From the UHGV virus genome UHGV-0212075: a stretch of 14,519 nucleotides of DNA; one strand, written 5' to 3'. A program made the position numbers and the translations under genes. Below are positions 1 to 9,098 of the stretch, piece after piece. Under the pieces are notes generated by a model. It had not been told where the DNA came from. It saw only the letters and a program-made list of their open reading frames with translations, and did not search any database. Source of the DNA: a virus. The stretch's first letter is position 1; the number at the start of each line of letters is the position of its first letter.

Positions 1-223
1 GTGCCTGTGCCCGGATGAAGACGGCAATATGCAGAACAGCCTGCCAGTCATCTTCATCCGTCATTTTTCCGGTGTACTGAGCATCACTCAGCCACACCGC
101 CACGGCAGGCAGTTCCTGCGCATCAATAAATGCCGGAAGCCCGTCAAAAAACGTGGCGCTGTCTCCACACTGTTCCCGAAGGCGTGCCAGTACGACCTGG
201 CGAATTTGTGTATGTCGGTTCAT
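1..223 (-). CDS. U: tail terminator protein, lambda gpU-like (3' end cut by window edge)
   Basis: Minus-strand reading frame starts at ATG 223..221, overlapping the Z stop (ATGA). Hand translation MNRHTQIRQVVLARLREQCGDSATFFDGLPAFIDAQELPAVAVWLSDAQYTG... resembles lambda U as recalled and sits where U follows Z in lambda. Not in the supplied ORF track because it is truncated. Confidence 0.6.
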   Translation of the reverse strand, partial: MNRHTQIRQVVLARLREQCGDSATFFDGLPAFIDAQELPAVAVWLSDAQYTGKMTDEDDWQAVLHIAVFIRAQA

Positions 224-810
224 CGTGTCAGCCATAACCTCAGTTGTTGTTTCAGGGCATACCCCAGCTGTTTCGGCATCTCGTTATCAATGACGCTTTT
301 ACGGGCATCCTCAAATGCCTGTGTCAGCGCTCCGGCCAGCGGGATTTTCACAACCTCCACAGGTAGACGATTTTTTTTCGGTCTTCCCTGATGGTCGCGC
401 CCTGTTGCGAAACGCGCTTCAGGAAGACGTCTCAGAACATGCCAGCGACCATTCGCCAGTTGCCGGATAAACGCGCCACGGAAAAAATATTTCCCCACCC
501 TCAGCCCGTCACCGGCACGCCGTCGCGTTGTGCTCAGTTTGATGGCGGGAAGGTTGCCACGGTTAATGCGGATCCGGGCATACATTTTTCCGGAAGGGCT
601 GGCACTCAGCATCCTGACGCGCCCCCTGACCAGTTTCAGGGGGATCCCCTTCACCTGGTTATCACCGGCTACGGTATCGCGGGCAGCCTGTCGGGTAGCC
701 TGAGAAATGGCTTTCTGTGCCACACGATTTATTGCCCAGGCGCTGGCCTGTGGCACCATACGGGTATCAAGGATGTCCAGATTACGGATGGCGTTTTCAA
801 GACCTTTCAT
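220..810 (-). CDS. Z: tail completion protein, lambda gpZ-like
   Basis: Within track ORF 220..924; chosen start is the internal ATG at 810 (MKGLENAIRNLDILDTRMVPQASAWAINRVA...), giving 196 aa versus 192 aa for lambda Z. Overlaps the FII stop by 14 nt; stop TGA at 220-222. Confidence 0.75.
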   Translation of the reverse strand: MKGLENAIRNLDILDTRMVPQASAWAINRVAQKAISQATRQAARDTVAGDNQVKGIPLKLVRGRVRMLSASPSGKMYARIRINRGNLPAIKLSTTRRRAGDGLRVGKYFFRGAFIRQLANGRWHVLRRLPEARFATGRDHQGRPKKNRLPVEVVKIPLAGALTQAFEDARKSVIDNEMPKQLGYALKQQLRLWLTR

Positions 811-1171
811 AATATCGCCCCGTACTGATATCACCCCGGGAACTGTCACACCGTTGCAGGCGGATATAACAGCATCCCCCGTCGTCCGGAGTAATGCGAT
901 CCACCCGAAAAAGATCCCCACCAACCTCCAGCGTATCCAGACGGCGCAGTCCCGTAATATCTGCTGTTTTCACAAACAAAGACGGTGAAGAATCTTCAAA
1001 CCGTACTCCTCCGGCAACGAACGAAATTTTTTCAGGATCATCAAAAACACCCCTGAGTGTTTTTCCTTCAAGCTGACCGGACGTAATTACCGCCGTAATC
1101 CCCATATGACAAAGAATGACCTCGTCAGCCATGGCGACGGCGGCATCAAACGGATTATCGAAATCTGCCAC
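797..1171 (-). CDS. FII: head-tail joining protein, lambda gpFII-like
   Basis: 124 aa; N-terminus (M)ADFDNPFDAAVAMADEV... and internal ...VFDDPEKISF...SSPSLFV...DRITPDDGG match lambda FII as recalled. Start codon is GTG at 1171..1169 (plus strand reads cac), preceded by a G-rich SD (GGGGGA). Confidence 0.8.
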   Translation of the reverse strand: MADFDNPFDAAVAMADEVILCHMGITAVITSGQLEGKTLRGVFDDPEKISFVAGGVRFEDSSPSLFVKTADITGLRRLDTLEVGGDLFRVDRITPDDGGCCYIRLQRCDSSRGDISTGRYYERS

Positions 1172-1184
1172 CTTTCCCCCGCAT

Positions 1185-1565
1185 TCAACACATTTTCACG
1201 AGGCCACTTTCTGCCATGCTGGCTGCCACCACGGCAGATACACGAAACACTTCTCCCGGACGTACAAATGCCACGGGGTTATCCCGTGTGGCGTGGAGTG
1301 CATTGACATGTAACATCACCACAGCTTTGACCATGACCATATCCACAGAATTTCGGTTCTCACTCTCCCCACGTTCGGATCGTGTTTCGTTTTTTTGTTG
1401 TGGTTCTTCATCATCCTTATACAGGCCGTCTGAACCATCACTTAATTCTTCTTCCCACTCCGCCAGGCGTTGTTCAAGATCAGCTTTAGAGCCTGAAATA
1501 TCGGCATCGCGCCCGAGTGCTGCCGCCAGCTCCTGAAGACGCGCTGTTATTTCTTCTTTTGTCAT
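1185..1565 (-). CDS. FI: DNA-packaging/head assembly protein, lambda gpFI-like
   Basis: Start moved to the internal ATG at 1565 (MTKEEITARLQELAA...), preceded by AGGAGA. C-terminus ...VMLHVNALHATRDNPVAFVRPGEVFRVSAVVAASMAESGL parallels lambda FI (...KLHTDALHATRDEPVAFVLPGTAFRVSAGVAAEMTERGL). Confidence 0.8.
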   Translation of the reverse strand: MTKEEITARLQELAAALGRDADISGSKADLEQRLAEWEEELSDGSDGLYKDDEEPQQKNETRSERGESENRNSVDMVMVKAVVMLHVNALHATRDNPVAFVRPGEVFRVSAVVAASMAESGLVKMC

Positions 1566-1582
1566 CACATCTCTCCTGTGCG

Positions 1583-1610
1583 ATAAAGAAAAAGGCGGGA
1601 ATATCCCGCC
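1583..1610 (-). terminator. putative intrinsic terminator/attenuator between E and FI
   Basis: Plus strand 1594-1610 ggcggg-aatat-cccgcc forms a 6-bp GC stem; on the minus strand it is followed by TTTTTCTTTAT. Lies 6 nt after the E stop and just upstream of the FI RBS. Confidence 0.4.
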
Positions 1611-1615
1611 TGACC

Positions 1616-2644
1616 TTATTTCACCTGAACCACCACAAACGCGTCCGGATCCGGCAACACCATCAACGGCGCAGACTGCGTCATGGTATATTCGCACCCC
1701 GGGTCCCCCACCTCTAACCAGTGTTTCGGATAACGAATTGCAGAGGTGATCCCTTCACTCAGCGCCTGGTTATCCTGGATTGCGCCATAACAACGGATCC
1801 CCTCCACCTGAGTGTTTCCAAGAATCAGTGTGCCTTCCGGCAGATAACGCTGCTCATCCCCGTTTTCATCAACATACGTTGTTTTCGCCACCATGATGGC
1901 CAGATCACCGTAATAACCTTTAAAAGAAACCACGGACCCCAGATCTTTCAGCGCGGTTTCCAGTTCAGATTTTGAGCCACGGCGGGTATCCAGTTTTTCA
2001 CGAAACAGTTTAAAACCGTTCAGCATACGCCAGACAGTACCGTCCATAATCGCAATATTGATGGTACCGGAAGCAAAATCGCAGTACGCATCCAGATCAT
2101 GCGTCGGATCAAAGGTGTCAGCATTCTGTTTTGACCATTCGCGTCCCCCTGCCTGCGTAATGTTATTGGCGGCAGAACGTCCAAAATCCACTTCCACCGT
2201 CTCAAACTGTTCACCGCTCATGGTGTACTTACCCTGCAGAACAGCGCTGACCGCCTGCATTTCTTCCACCTGCACAATCGCCTGTTCTTCCTGTTTCAGG
2301 TTGTCAGTCAGAATACGCAGGCGACGGTAGGCCGGGTCATTAAGACGGGCCGGATCTTCCCCCGGAAGACGCTCCACCGCCTGCTGATAATCCAGCCGGT
2401 GTTTTGGTTTAACATAGCCGGGGCGTAACACGCGGGTTTCACCACCACGACTGCGCAGTACCTTACCTGACACAACCGGAGACACATATGCCGCAACCGG
2501 CGTTTTTCCAGTGATTTTATCCAGCATCACTTCCTGAGTATGGAAAGTGACCGTACGACGAAAAAACAGCTCCAGAAACAGCGCACGGAATTTCACTTTC
2601 TGCTCGGTGTACCCGAGTAACTGACGCGTGGTAAATAACCCCAT
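1616..2644 (-). CDS. E: major capsid protein, lambda gpE-like
   Basis: 342 aa ORF with ATG at 2644. Long collinear similarity to lambda E (e.g. ...YVSPVVSGKVLRSRGG...PGYVKPKH...QVEEMQAVSAVLQGKYTMSGE...KLDTRRGSKSELETALKDLG...MTQSAPLMVLPDPDAFVVVQ). Confidence 0.92.
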   Translation of the reverse strand: MGLFTTRQLLGYTEQKVKFRALFLELFFRRTVTFHTQEVMLDKITGKTPVAAYVSPVVSGKVLRSRGGETRVLRPGYVKPKHRLDYQQAVERLPGEDPARLNDPAYRRLRILTDNLKQEEQAIVQVEEMQAVSAVLQGKYTMSGEQFETVEVDFGRSAANNITQAGGREWSKQNADTFDPTHDLDAYCDFASGTINIAIMDGTVWRMLNGFKLFREKLDTRRGSKSELETALKDLGSVVSFKGYYGDLAIMVAKTTYVDENGDEQRYLPEGTLILGNTQVEGIRCYGAIQDNQALSEGITSAIRYPKHWLEVGDPGCEYTMTQSAPLMVLPDPDAFVVVQVK

Positions 2645-2713
2645 AATTTATTTTCCTTCATAAACACAAACGAGCCGCATCGCGACCCGTTTTTTCAGTC
2701 AATCACTTCACCA

Positions 2714-3049
2714 TCAGGCGTGGCTGATGGCACTTCCCACAAATGCGTTGGCTTTTTTCACCGCATCCACAGAATCAGGCCAGACCAGCGACTCAGTGGC
2801 AAATGTACCGCTTTTGTAGTACGTCAGCGTGGGTTCTGTTCCGGCAAGCGCCAGAGCCAGCACGCCCACTGCCGTTCCTGCTTTCTGACCATCCCATGCC
2901 ACCAGTTTGCCGGTGGCGTCATCCAGCATCAGCGGCGTCAGTGCGGGCGTGGCAGCACTGATACCACTGGTGGCTGTTGCGGTATGCGCCGGATCGCTTC
3001 CGGCAAAAATATTCACATCCGCGCGCTTTTCTGTGGTTGTTTTAATCAT
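2714..3049 (-). CDS. D: head decoration protein, lambda gpD-like
   Basis: 111 aa; ATG at 3049 preceded by AGGAGA. Motifs SDPAHTATA...TPLMLD...KLVAWDG...YKSGTF match lambda D. Confidence 0.9.
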   Translation of the reverse strand: MIKTTTEKRADVNIFAGSDPAHTATATSGISAATPALTPLMLDDATGKLVAWDGQKAGTAVGVLALALAGTEPTLTYYKSGTFATESLVWPDSVDAVKKANAFVGSAISHA

Positions 3050-3086
3050 TTTCAGTCTCCTGATTTATCTGAATCACGGATAACGC

Positions 3087-4703
3087 TTACGGCATACTCA
3101 TCAGCAGATCTTCTTCTCCGTGCCCGGCAGCTCCACCACCGGAAACCGCACTGGCAGCATGCTGTGCCATAAAGCGATCAAAAAGTGTTTCCTGTGACGG
3201 CTGCGATGCCGTCGGCGCGGCTGCCAGCAACGTTTTCGCCTGCGCCACTGTCATTCCCGGTTGTTCTGCCAGTGCCTGTGCAAGTTGATCGCGACCTTTC
3301 GCCTCCGGCAGCGCCATAATCTGATCGCCGACACTTGCAGAACCGGCAACCGGTGCCGCCGCCAGTAACGTTTTTGCCTGGTCAACGGTCATTCCCGGCT
3401 GTTCAGCCAGCGCCTGCGCGAGTTGTTCACGCCCTTTAGCTTCCGGCAACGCCATAATCTGATCGCCTGTGCCTGCAGCACTGGCAGCAGGGGCTGCTGC
3501 CAGAAACGCTTTCGCCTGCTCCACCGTCATCCCCGGTTGACCTGCCAGCATCTGTGCCAGTTGCTCACGCCCCTTTGCTTCCGGCAGCGCCATAATCTGA
3601 TCACCCGTGCTGTCAGTACCGGCAACCGGCGCAGCTGCCAGCAACGTTTTCGCCTGCTCAACCGTCATTCCAGGCTGACCTGCCAGCATTTGCGCCAGTT
3701 GCTCGCGCCCTTTCGCCTCCTGACAATTCAGGATCCCCATCACGCGCTGATTTTCCTGGGCCACCGCTTCAGCAACGGTGAGATTTTTAACAGTCATTGC
3801 ATTCTCCTTCGTAACAGAGTCATTCAGTGCAGAAACCATTACATCAACGGCATCTGCAGCATTAATCAGTTGATCAGCCAGGCCTGTATCAATGCCTGCC
3901 TGACCGTCATAAACGGCAGCCTCGGTATTCATCACCACCTCTGAACTCAGCCCCGTATAAAGTGCCACCTTGTCGACAAACATCCGGCGGGCCTCATCAA
4001 TACGGCGCTGAAAATCCGCACGCACACCTGCCGGCAATGCCTGAATACTGTTGCCGTCAACCTTGTGCTGCCCGGAGTAAATCAGCGTGATATCCACCCC
4101 TTCCTGTGCCAGTTGTTTCTCGTAACTGGTGTGCGCCATCATCACACCAATCGAACCAATTTTTGCCGTCTGCGTGACCAGCCGACGCGTACAGGCTGCC
4201 GCCAGCAACATGGCGGCTGAACAGGCCATATCATTACACAGCGCCCACACGGGCTTCTGTTCCCGCAGGCGGTAAATCATGTCAGCACAGTCAAACGCCC
4301 CGGCAGCCTGACCGCCCGGGCTGTCGATATCCAGCAAAATGCCGCGCACATCCGGGTCATTCACCGCCATCTGAAGACGGGCTGTCAGGCCGTCATAGCC
4401 TGTCATGCCGGAGTAAGGGCGCAGGGTACCCAGTTTATGCACCAGCGTGCCGCTCACCGGCAGAATGGCGATGCCATTCTTCACCTGGTAACTCTTTACC
4501 GGGCGCTGACCGCCCGCCATATAGTCAGTCACAGCCAGTTGCATACCATCAGCATCAAGCTGAACAGCCTGCTGAGGAACGGCAAGGCTGCCGGCCCCCA
4601 TCTCTTTACCCAGCGCGCAAAAGAAAACCCGCGCATAGGCGGGCTCCAGTAAAAGCGGTTCATTAAATGCCATGGCGGCAATATGTGATAAATTACGACG
4701 CAT
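3087..4703 (-). CDS. C: prohead protease / scaffold, lambda gpC-like (ClpP/S49-type peptidase with C-terminal Nu3-like scaffold region)
   Basis: 538 aa; ATG at 4703 overlaps the B stop by 11 nt. N-terminus ...HIAAMAFNEPLLLEPAYARVFFCAL and core ...YSGMTGY...DSPGG...KPVWALCNDMACSA...LVTQTAKIGSIGVMM...LIYSGQHKVDGN match lambda C. The C-terminal region holds four tandem ~46-aa units related to the single MGILNCEEAHGRE... segment of lambda C/Nu3. Confidence 0.9.
   Translation of the reverse strand: MRRNLSHIAAMAFNEPLLLEPAYARVFFCALGKEMGAGSLAVPQQAVQLDADGMQLAVTDYMAGGQRPVKSYQVKNGIAILPVSGTLVHKLGTLRPYSGMTGYDGLTARLQMAVNDPDVRGILLDIDSPGGQAAGAFDCADMIYRLREQKPVWALCNDMACSAAMLLAAACTRRLVTQTAKIGSIGVMMAHTSYEKQLAQEGVDITLIYSGQHKVDGNSIQALPAGVRADFQRRIDEARRMFVDKVALYTGLSSEVVMNTEAAVYDGQAGIDTGLADQLINAADAVDVMVSALNDSVTKENAMTVKNLTVAEAVAQENQRVMGILNCQEAKGREQLAQMLAGQPGMTVEQAKTLLAAAPVAGTDSTGDQIMALPEAKGREQLAQMLAGQPGMTVEQAKAFLAAAPAASAAGTGDQIMALPEAKGREQLAQALAEQPGMTVDQAKTLLAAAPVAGSASVGDQIMALPEAKGRDQLAQALAEQPGMTVAQAKTLLAAAPTASQPSQETLFDRFMAQHAASAVSGGGAAGHGEEDLLMSMP
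3175..3726 (-). repeat. in-frame tandem repeat, period 138 bp (46 aa), ~4 copies, in the 3' part of the C gene
   Basis: The string gccataatct recurs at plus 3313, 3451 and 3589 (spacing exactly 138), with a degenerate copy near 3175. Protein units ALPEAKGREQLAQ(M/A)LA(G/E)QPGMTV(E/D/A)QAK(T/A)(L/F)LAAAP... repeat four times. Confidence 0.85.
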
Positions 4704-6264
4704 CGCCTTTTTCTCCCGTTGTCTGTCGGATCTGCTGCTGAAACGTATCCTTTATCCAGATGGGGCGGGGAAGACCAGCCGCCTGTCGCTCCTGGCTTTC
4801 ACGCAGTTGCTGGCGGAAAATCTCCTGATAGTCATCGCCCATCAGGGCCAGCTCCTTCTCGTACGTGCTCAGGCCACCTTCAATACGCATCACCGCCTCC
4901 TGCACCTCCTTAAGGCCATCAATCGCCATGCGACCGGCACCAATCCACTCGGCACGACACCACCCGGAACGGGCCTCCCAGAATGAGAAACGGGATTTCG
5001 GTGGGCGGATCACACCGCGAATAAGGGCTTCCTCCAGCCAGCAGGCAAACATCTGTGACGCCAGTCGGCTGGCCACAAATTTTCGTTTCCCCATAAAATA
5101 CCGCCACGACTCATTGGCGGATGCTCTGGCACTGGAATAACTGACCTGTGAATAATCGCGGGAAAGCTGCTCATAGGACACGCCCAGTCCGGCAGCGATG
5201 TAACGTAACAGCGCCTTTTCCAGTTCAGAAAAACCATTATCCGCATTCTGTGCTGTCTGCAGATTCAGTGAATCCCCCGGATAAAGATGCGGAATACGAA
5301 CCCCACCCATCTTTACCGTATTGGTGGCGTAATAGCGCGCATAGCCTTTCATGATGGTGTTCAGGGGATTTTTACCGCCATCTCCCACCCCGGCGATATA
5401 TTCAAATGCTTTTTCCGAATCCAGTGTGGATTCAATCGTGGCGGCATACATCGCCCGCACCACCGCCGACTGCAGTTGCGTGGCCTGTAGTGTGTCGAGC
5501 ATCTTGAGGCGCTCCATCACGGAATAAAACTGGTTGGCCCCGCGCGTCTGTCCGTCCTCCTGCGGCTGAAACACATGGATCATTCCCGGTCGCCCGGAGG
5601 GCAGCGTCGCCGCAATCCGTGTCCAGTTGCTGACACCGTAGCCAGGCCAGTCATCGTCCTGAACATGATAAGCCATCGCCTTTCCGTGACGGTTGATTTC
5701 CACTCCGGCACGCATAAAACGATCGCCGATGCCATAACCGGGCGTGCTGACGCGCTTCGGACTGATGGTCTTGAATTTTGTTCTGAATAATGACGTGGAT
5801 TCCGTATCCCATACGGGCTGGACAAAAATTTCACCGTTAAAAGTATGGACCCCCACCCCTTCACGAATAAATTCGGTAAACGAGCGACGCCCTTCCACAT
5901 CCATCGAACCAAATACCGGATCGCAATATTCCATCCACGCCACCTCAACATCTTCAATAAAAGCATGTGAATCTGCTTCCGACATCCCCAGCCAGCGCCA
6001 GTTGGGACGGTAACTCAGACGAAACATGTGCCCGACAATATGATCCTTATGAATTTCCACTGCATTCGATGCAATACCGTTGTTACGGACCAGATCATCC
6101 GCGCGGGCGTTACCCAGATGAATGGAAGGTAAGAGCGCCACGTCGGCACTTTCCGGTGCAGGCAGCCATTCTGCCATTTGCCCACCGAACCCGGAACCAC
6201 CACCAGAATATCCCATGCTTTGCCGTAAAGGCTGCCCATGAATATCCACCAGTTCCCCGTTCAC
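4693..6264 (-). CDS. B: portal protein, lambda gpB-like
   Basis: 523 aa with extensive similarity to lambda B (GGGSGFGGQ, NARADDLVRNNG, VFQPQEDGQTRGAN.FYSVME.LKMLDTLQ.TQLQSA, SLNLQTAQ, LLRYIAAGLGVSYEQLSR, IDGLKEVQEAVM). The first in-frame start is GTG at 6264, overlapping the W stop (GTGA); an internal ATG (MGYSGGG...) at 6216 is an alternative. Confidence 0.88.
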   Translation of the reverse strand: MNGELVDIHGQPLRQSMGYSGGGSGFGGQMAEWLPAPESADVALLPSIHLGNARADDLVRNNGIASNAVEIHKDHIVGHMFRLSYRPNWRWLGMSEADSHAFIEDVEVAWMEYCDPVFGSMDVEGRRSFTEFIREGVGVHTFNGEIFVQPVWDTESTSLFRTKFKTISPKRVSTPGYGIGDRFMRAGVEINRHGKAMAYHVQDDDWPGYGVSNWTRIAATLPSGRPGMIHVFQPQEDGQTRGANQFYSVMERLKMLDTLQATQLQSAVVRAMYAATIESTLDSEKAFEYIAGVGDGGKNPLNTIMKGYARYYATNTVKMGGVRIPHLYPGDSLNLQTAQNADNGFSELEKALLRYIAAGLGVSYEQLSRDYSQVSYSSARASANESWRYFMGKRKFVASRLASQMFACWLEEALIRGVIRPPKSRFSFWEARSGWCRAEWIGAGRMAIDGLKEVQEAVMRIEGGLSTYEKELALMGDDYQEIFRQQLRESQERQAAGLPRPIWIKDTFQQQIRQTTGEKGDAS

Positions 6265-6470
6265 AGCCCCACTCCTGCCGGGCCACGACGCCGTCCGGAT
6301 ACACCCAGCGCACTTTCCAGCTCTTCAATATACTGACGCAGTTCACCAATTGTCGCCCGCGAATACTGAACCTGACGCCCGTCCTTACTGACGGAAACCA
6401 CAGCACGTCCGATCATCAGTTCATGTAACGCCCGGCGGGCATCGCATAGCATTTCATGCGTATAAATCAT
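6261..6470 (-). CDS. W: head-tail joining protein, lambda gpW-like
   Basis: Start taken at ATG 6470 (MIYTHEMLCDARRALHELMIGRAVVSVSKDGRQVQY...), preceded by GGAGGA 6 nt upstream. Resembles lambda W (...[26 protein letters not shown]...QRRRGPAG). The track start at 6473 is a GTG one codon upstream. Confidence 0.85.
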   Translation of the reverse strand: MIYTHEMLCDARRALHELMIGRAVVSVSKDGRQVQYSRATIGELRQYIEELESALGVSGRRRGPAGVGL

Positions 6471-6473
6471 CAC

Positions 6474-8390
6474 TTATCCTCCACTCAGAGCAGCCGCGAT
6501 TTCTTCAATAGTCATTTCATCGTCGTCCTGTTCATCTCTTCTGGCGCGGGCCAGTGCATCCAGATCCAGTTGCCACCGCTGAACGGAAATGCGCAGCGCT
6601 GCATAGGCATACACCAGACAGTCCAGGGCTTCATTACGCCGTTTTCTGGCATCCCACTGGAGTTTCACCCGCCCGTTCACAACTTTTTCAACCAGCTCTT
6701 CTGCCACGAGTTGTTTAGCTTCAACATCAGAAAAAATGTCCGGGTTATCCGGAAAACGGAAGGTATACGGTGCGACTTCACTGGCAGATACCACCGGCAG
6801 GGCAAAACGCGCATACAGCATTTCCTTGACGGTATCGGAACCCACCTCACACAAAAACACCCCACGCTGGTTTCGCTTTTTTGGCATGGTGATCACCGGC
6901 TTGCCGTACACCGACGCCCCTTTGATGGGGAGCACAAAAAAAGTGCCGTGTTTTCTGGATCGCTGATACACAATGTCCTGGTCAATACCACCGGTATCCC
7001 AGCAGACGCGGGAAATGGAAATTTCAGTGCCATCTGCATGACGGTATTTTTTCCGGATCACGGCATCAACGCGTTTAAGGGTGTCCTCATCTTCCGGTCT
7101 CCCCATGATGATCTGCTTGTCAATCAGAAAAGCTTCTTCGCCGGGAGCCCAGCCCCAGACATAAATCTCATAACGGTTTTTCTGAGAGTCGATCCCTGCG
7201 GTCAGATAAACCACCCGCAGGGGAACCTGCGCATCATAGTGGCAGACTTTTTCCAGCAACAACTCAAAGCTCAGTTTTTCTGCCACAGCCTCTTCATAAG
7301 GCTCTCCCAGCGTGGTGTTAATGAACGTCTTGACGCCATTCGGATCCTTCAGTGCATCAAGCCAGTCATAAACAATCTGTACCCAGGTGGTGAACGGGCT
7401 GTATGCCGTCCAGATGTGGTACGAGATTGAGCGCGGTGGCTGGATTTCCTCATCACCGGCGCTGTAAAATGTCAGACCGTCACGCGTCCACATCCCGGTA
7501 TTGTCACAAATCCACCGCCCGTCGGTCTGGTCAAGTTCCGACTGACGGATCACGCAGCCATTATGTTCACACAGGTAATACACCGTCTCCGGCTTGCCCT
7601 TCTCCCATTTCAGGCCAAAGGTTGTCGCATCATCGCCAAACTTCAGATACTGGGCTTCACCACAATGAGGGCATGGCACATAAAACCGCATAAAATGTGC
7701 AGATTCGTTCGCGGCTTTTTCAATCTGGCAAAAACCTTTAATTTTGGGCGTTGAGCCGCGTATGGATTTAGGCCATACCGAACCTTCGATACGCTTATCG
7801 CCAAGCAGGGTTGGTGAACCTTCTTTTTCCACATCCGGTTCAAACGAGGAGAGTTCGTCATAGCAGACCACATCCACAGATTTTTCACGGTAGTTTTTGG
7901 CAGCAGCTCCGCCCAGACACCAGAATCCCACACCGGAGGAGAAACGTTTCAGGGTAAGCGTGTTGTCCCGATGTTTTCTGCCAAACCACGGAGCCAGCTC
8001 CAGTAATACAGGAACGTCTCTTATCGTTGGTTCGACATGGGATTTCATAAAATCTTCTGCCGCAGAATCTGTCGGCTGAAAAAGCAGGCTGTTACGGGAT
8101 TTGTGTTCAATAAAATAAGCCTCCACCCCCAACAGCATTTTGGTGTAACCAACACGCGCCGATTTAATCAGATTAACGGTGCGGATCCGGTCATTCCCCA
8201 TGCTGTTCATGATGGCAACCTGAAACGGCAGTGTTTCCCATTGCCCGGGAGTATATGAAGACTCTTTTGGCAGATAATAATGCTGATCAGCCCACTGAAC
8301 TGTCGTCAGTGGTACCGGAATATTGAGAGATACAAGCCCTGTTGCTATCGCACCGGCTGCATTAGTTGCCTTCTGTGCGTCTGAAATCAT
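6474..8390 (-). CDS. A: terminase large subunit, lambda gpA-like
   Basis: Collinear similarity to lambda A ([102 protein letters not shown]). Start taken at ATG 8390 (the track's 8393 is a TTG); overlaps the Nu1 3' end as in lambda. Confidence 0.92.
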   Translation of the reverse strand: MISDAQKATNAAGAIATGLVSLNIPVPLTTVQWADQHYYLPKESSYTPGQWETLPFQVAIMNSMGNDRIRTVNLIKSARVGYTKMLLGVEAYFIEHKSRNSLLFQPTDSAAEDFMKSHVEPTIRDVPVLLELAPWFGRKHRDNTLTLKRFSSGVGFWCLGGAAAKNYREKSVDVVCYDELSSFEPDVEKEGSPTLLGDKRIEGSVWPKSIRGSTPKIKGFCQIEKAANESAHFMRFYVPCPHCGEAQYLKFGDDATTFGLKWEKGKPETVYYLCEHNGCVIRQSELDQTDGRWICDNTGMWTRDGLTFYSAGDEEIQPPRSISYHIWTAYSPFTTWVQIVYDWLDALKDPNGVKTFINTTLGEPYEEAVAEKLSFELLLEKVCHYDAQVPLRVVYLTAGIDSQKNRYEIYVWGWAPGEEAFLIDKQIIMGRPEDEDTLKRVDAVIRKKYRHADGTEISISRVCWDTGGIDQDIVYQRSRKHGTFFVLPIKGASVYGKPVITMPKKRNQRGVFLCEVGSDTVKEMLYARFALPVVSASEVAPYTFRFPDNPDIFSDVEAKQLVAEELVEKVVNGRVKLQWDARKRRNEALDCLVYAYAALRISVQRWQLDLDALARARRDEQDDDEMTIEEIAAALSGG

Positions 8391-8910
8391 CAATCCACCC
8401 GCCTACGTTCTCACCAGCTTTAGCTGCAACGTTGGAGGCTTTTGCGATTTCAGTTTTCACCACATCAAGGTGTGGTGGTGAAATATCCGGATATTTACGC
8501 TGTAATGTCAGCGGCACACGTACAAGTATCCCCGAAATCTCCTGTGCCACACGTTGCAGAATGAAGGTAAACAATTCCGTTTCCAGTACCAGCCCTTCTT
8601 CGCGGGCATTTTTCAGTTCCTGTGCATCAGCCTGTGCTTTTGTGAGTCGGTAGCGTTCATAGTCAATGGTGCCGGGTTGTAAATCTGATTCCGCAGCCGC
8701 ACGCAAATCCTCGGTCTCTTTACGGAGTTTTTCGTTTTCAATATCGGCTTCGCGCTGCGCATACCACTGAATTGCCACGGCGGTATCAAATACAGATTCA
8801 ACCCCCTTACTACCACCAGAGACACAAGAGAGCCCCTGAGACTGCCAGCGTTCAATCGTTCGTGGATCCACGTTGAAAATTTCCGCGAGCTTCTTTTTAT
8901 TAACCTTCAT
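8362..8910 (-). CDS. nu1: terminase small subunit, lambda gpNu1-like
   Basis: Start at ATG 8910 ([27 protein letters not shown]...). Strong similarity to lambda Nu1 (MEVNKKQLADIF..RTIQNWQEQGMP...AERDAEIENEKLRREVEELR...[28 protein letters not shown]). The winged-HTH N-terminus sits directly downstream of cosB. Confidence 0.9.
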   Translation of the reverse strand: MKVNKKKLAEIFNVDPRTIERWQSQGLSCVSGGSKGVESVFDTAVAIQWYAQREADIENEKLRKETEDLRAAAESDLQPGTIDYERYRLTKAQADAQELKNAREEGLVLETELFTFILQRVAQEISGILVRVPLTLQRKYPDISPPHLDVVKTEIAKASNVAAKAGENVGGWIDDFRRTEGN

Positions 8911-9086
8911 AAAACATTTCCATATCAAATGCAGGGTCCGACATGGAAGTGCTCAAAAACGTCTTTTTCGGGCACTTTCATGTCGGACCTTTTACGGATG
9001 TGATTGATGAAAAAACAATGAGTTATACACGAGAAGTACCGACACGCTTTTTCCCGAAAAATTTTCATAAATAGCGAAAATCCGCG
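8911..9086 (-). other. cosB-like terminase binding region between cosN and the Nu1 start
   Basis: Minus-strand sequence right after the putative cohesive end reads CGCGGATTTTCGCTATTTATGAAAATTTTTCGG..., nearly identical to the first ~30 nt of lambda cosB as recalled (CGCGGGTTTTCGCTATTTATGAAAATTTTCCGG). The cosN-to-Nu1 ATG spacing (188 nt) is close to lambda's 190. Confidence 0.6.
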
Positions 9087-9098
9087 ACGCTCCCGCCC
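9087..9098 (-). other. putative cosN cohesive-end core (12 nt)
   Basis: Minus strand reads GGGCGGGAGCGT at the position homologous to lambda GGGCGGCGACCT. Placement follows from the conserved flanks; exact nick positions cannot be determined from sequence alone. Confidence 0.5.

Noticed and set aside
29-924. Plus-strand ORFs 29..391 and 391..828 and 707..988
   Set aside because: All overlap the minus-strand U and Z genes, which are supported by lambda similarity and gene order.
3175-3726. Possibility that the 138-bp tandem array is a CRISPR array or non-coding satellite
   Set aside because: The units are contiguous with no unique spacers, are in frame, and encode a repeated peptide within a protein homologous to lambda C/Nu3.
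3423-3944. 173-aa plus-strand ORF with internal repeats
   Set aside because: Antisense to the gpC gene; its apparent repeat structure is only the mirror of the 138-bp coding repeat on the minus strand.
6456-7430. 324-aa plus-strand ORF
   Set aside because: Lies entirely antisense within the well-supported terminase large subunit gene; its translation is low-complexity. A chance antisense frame.
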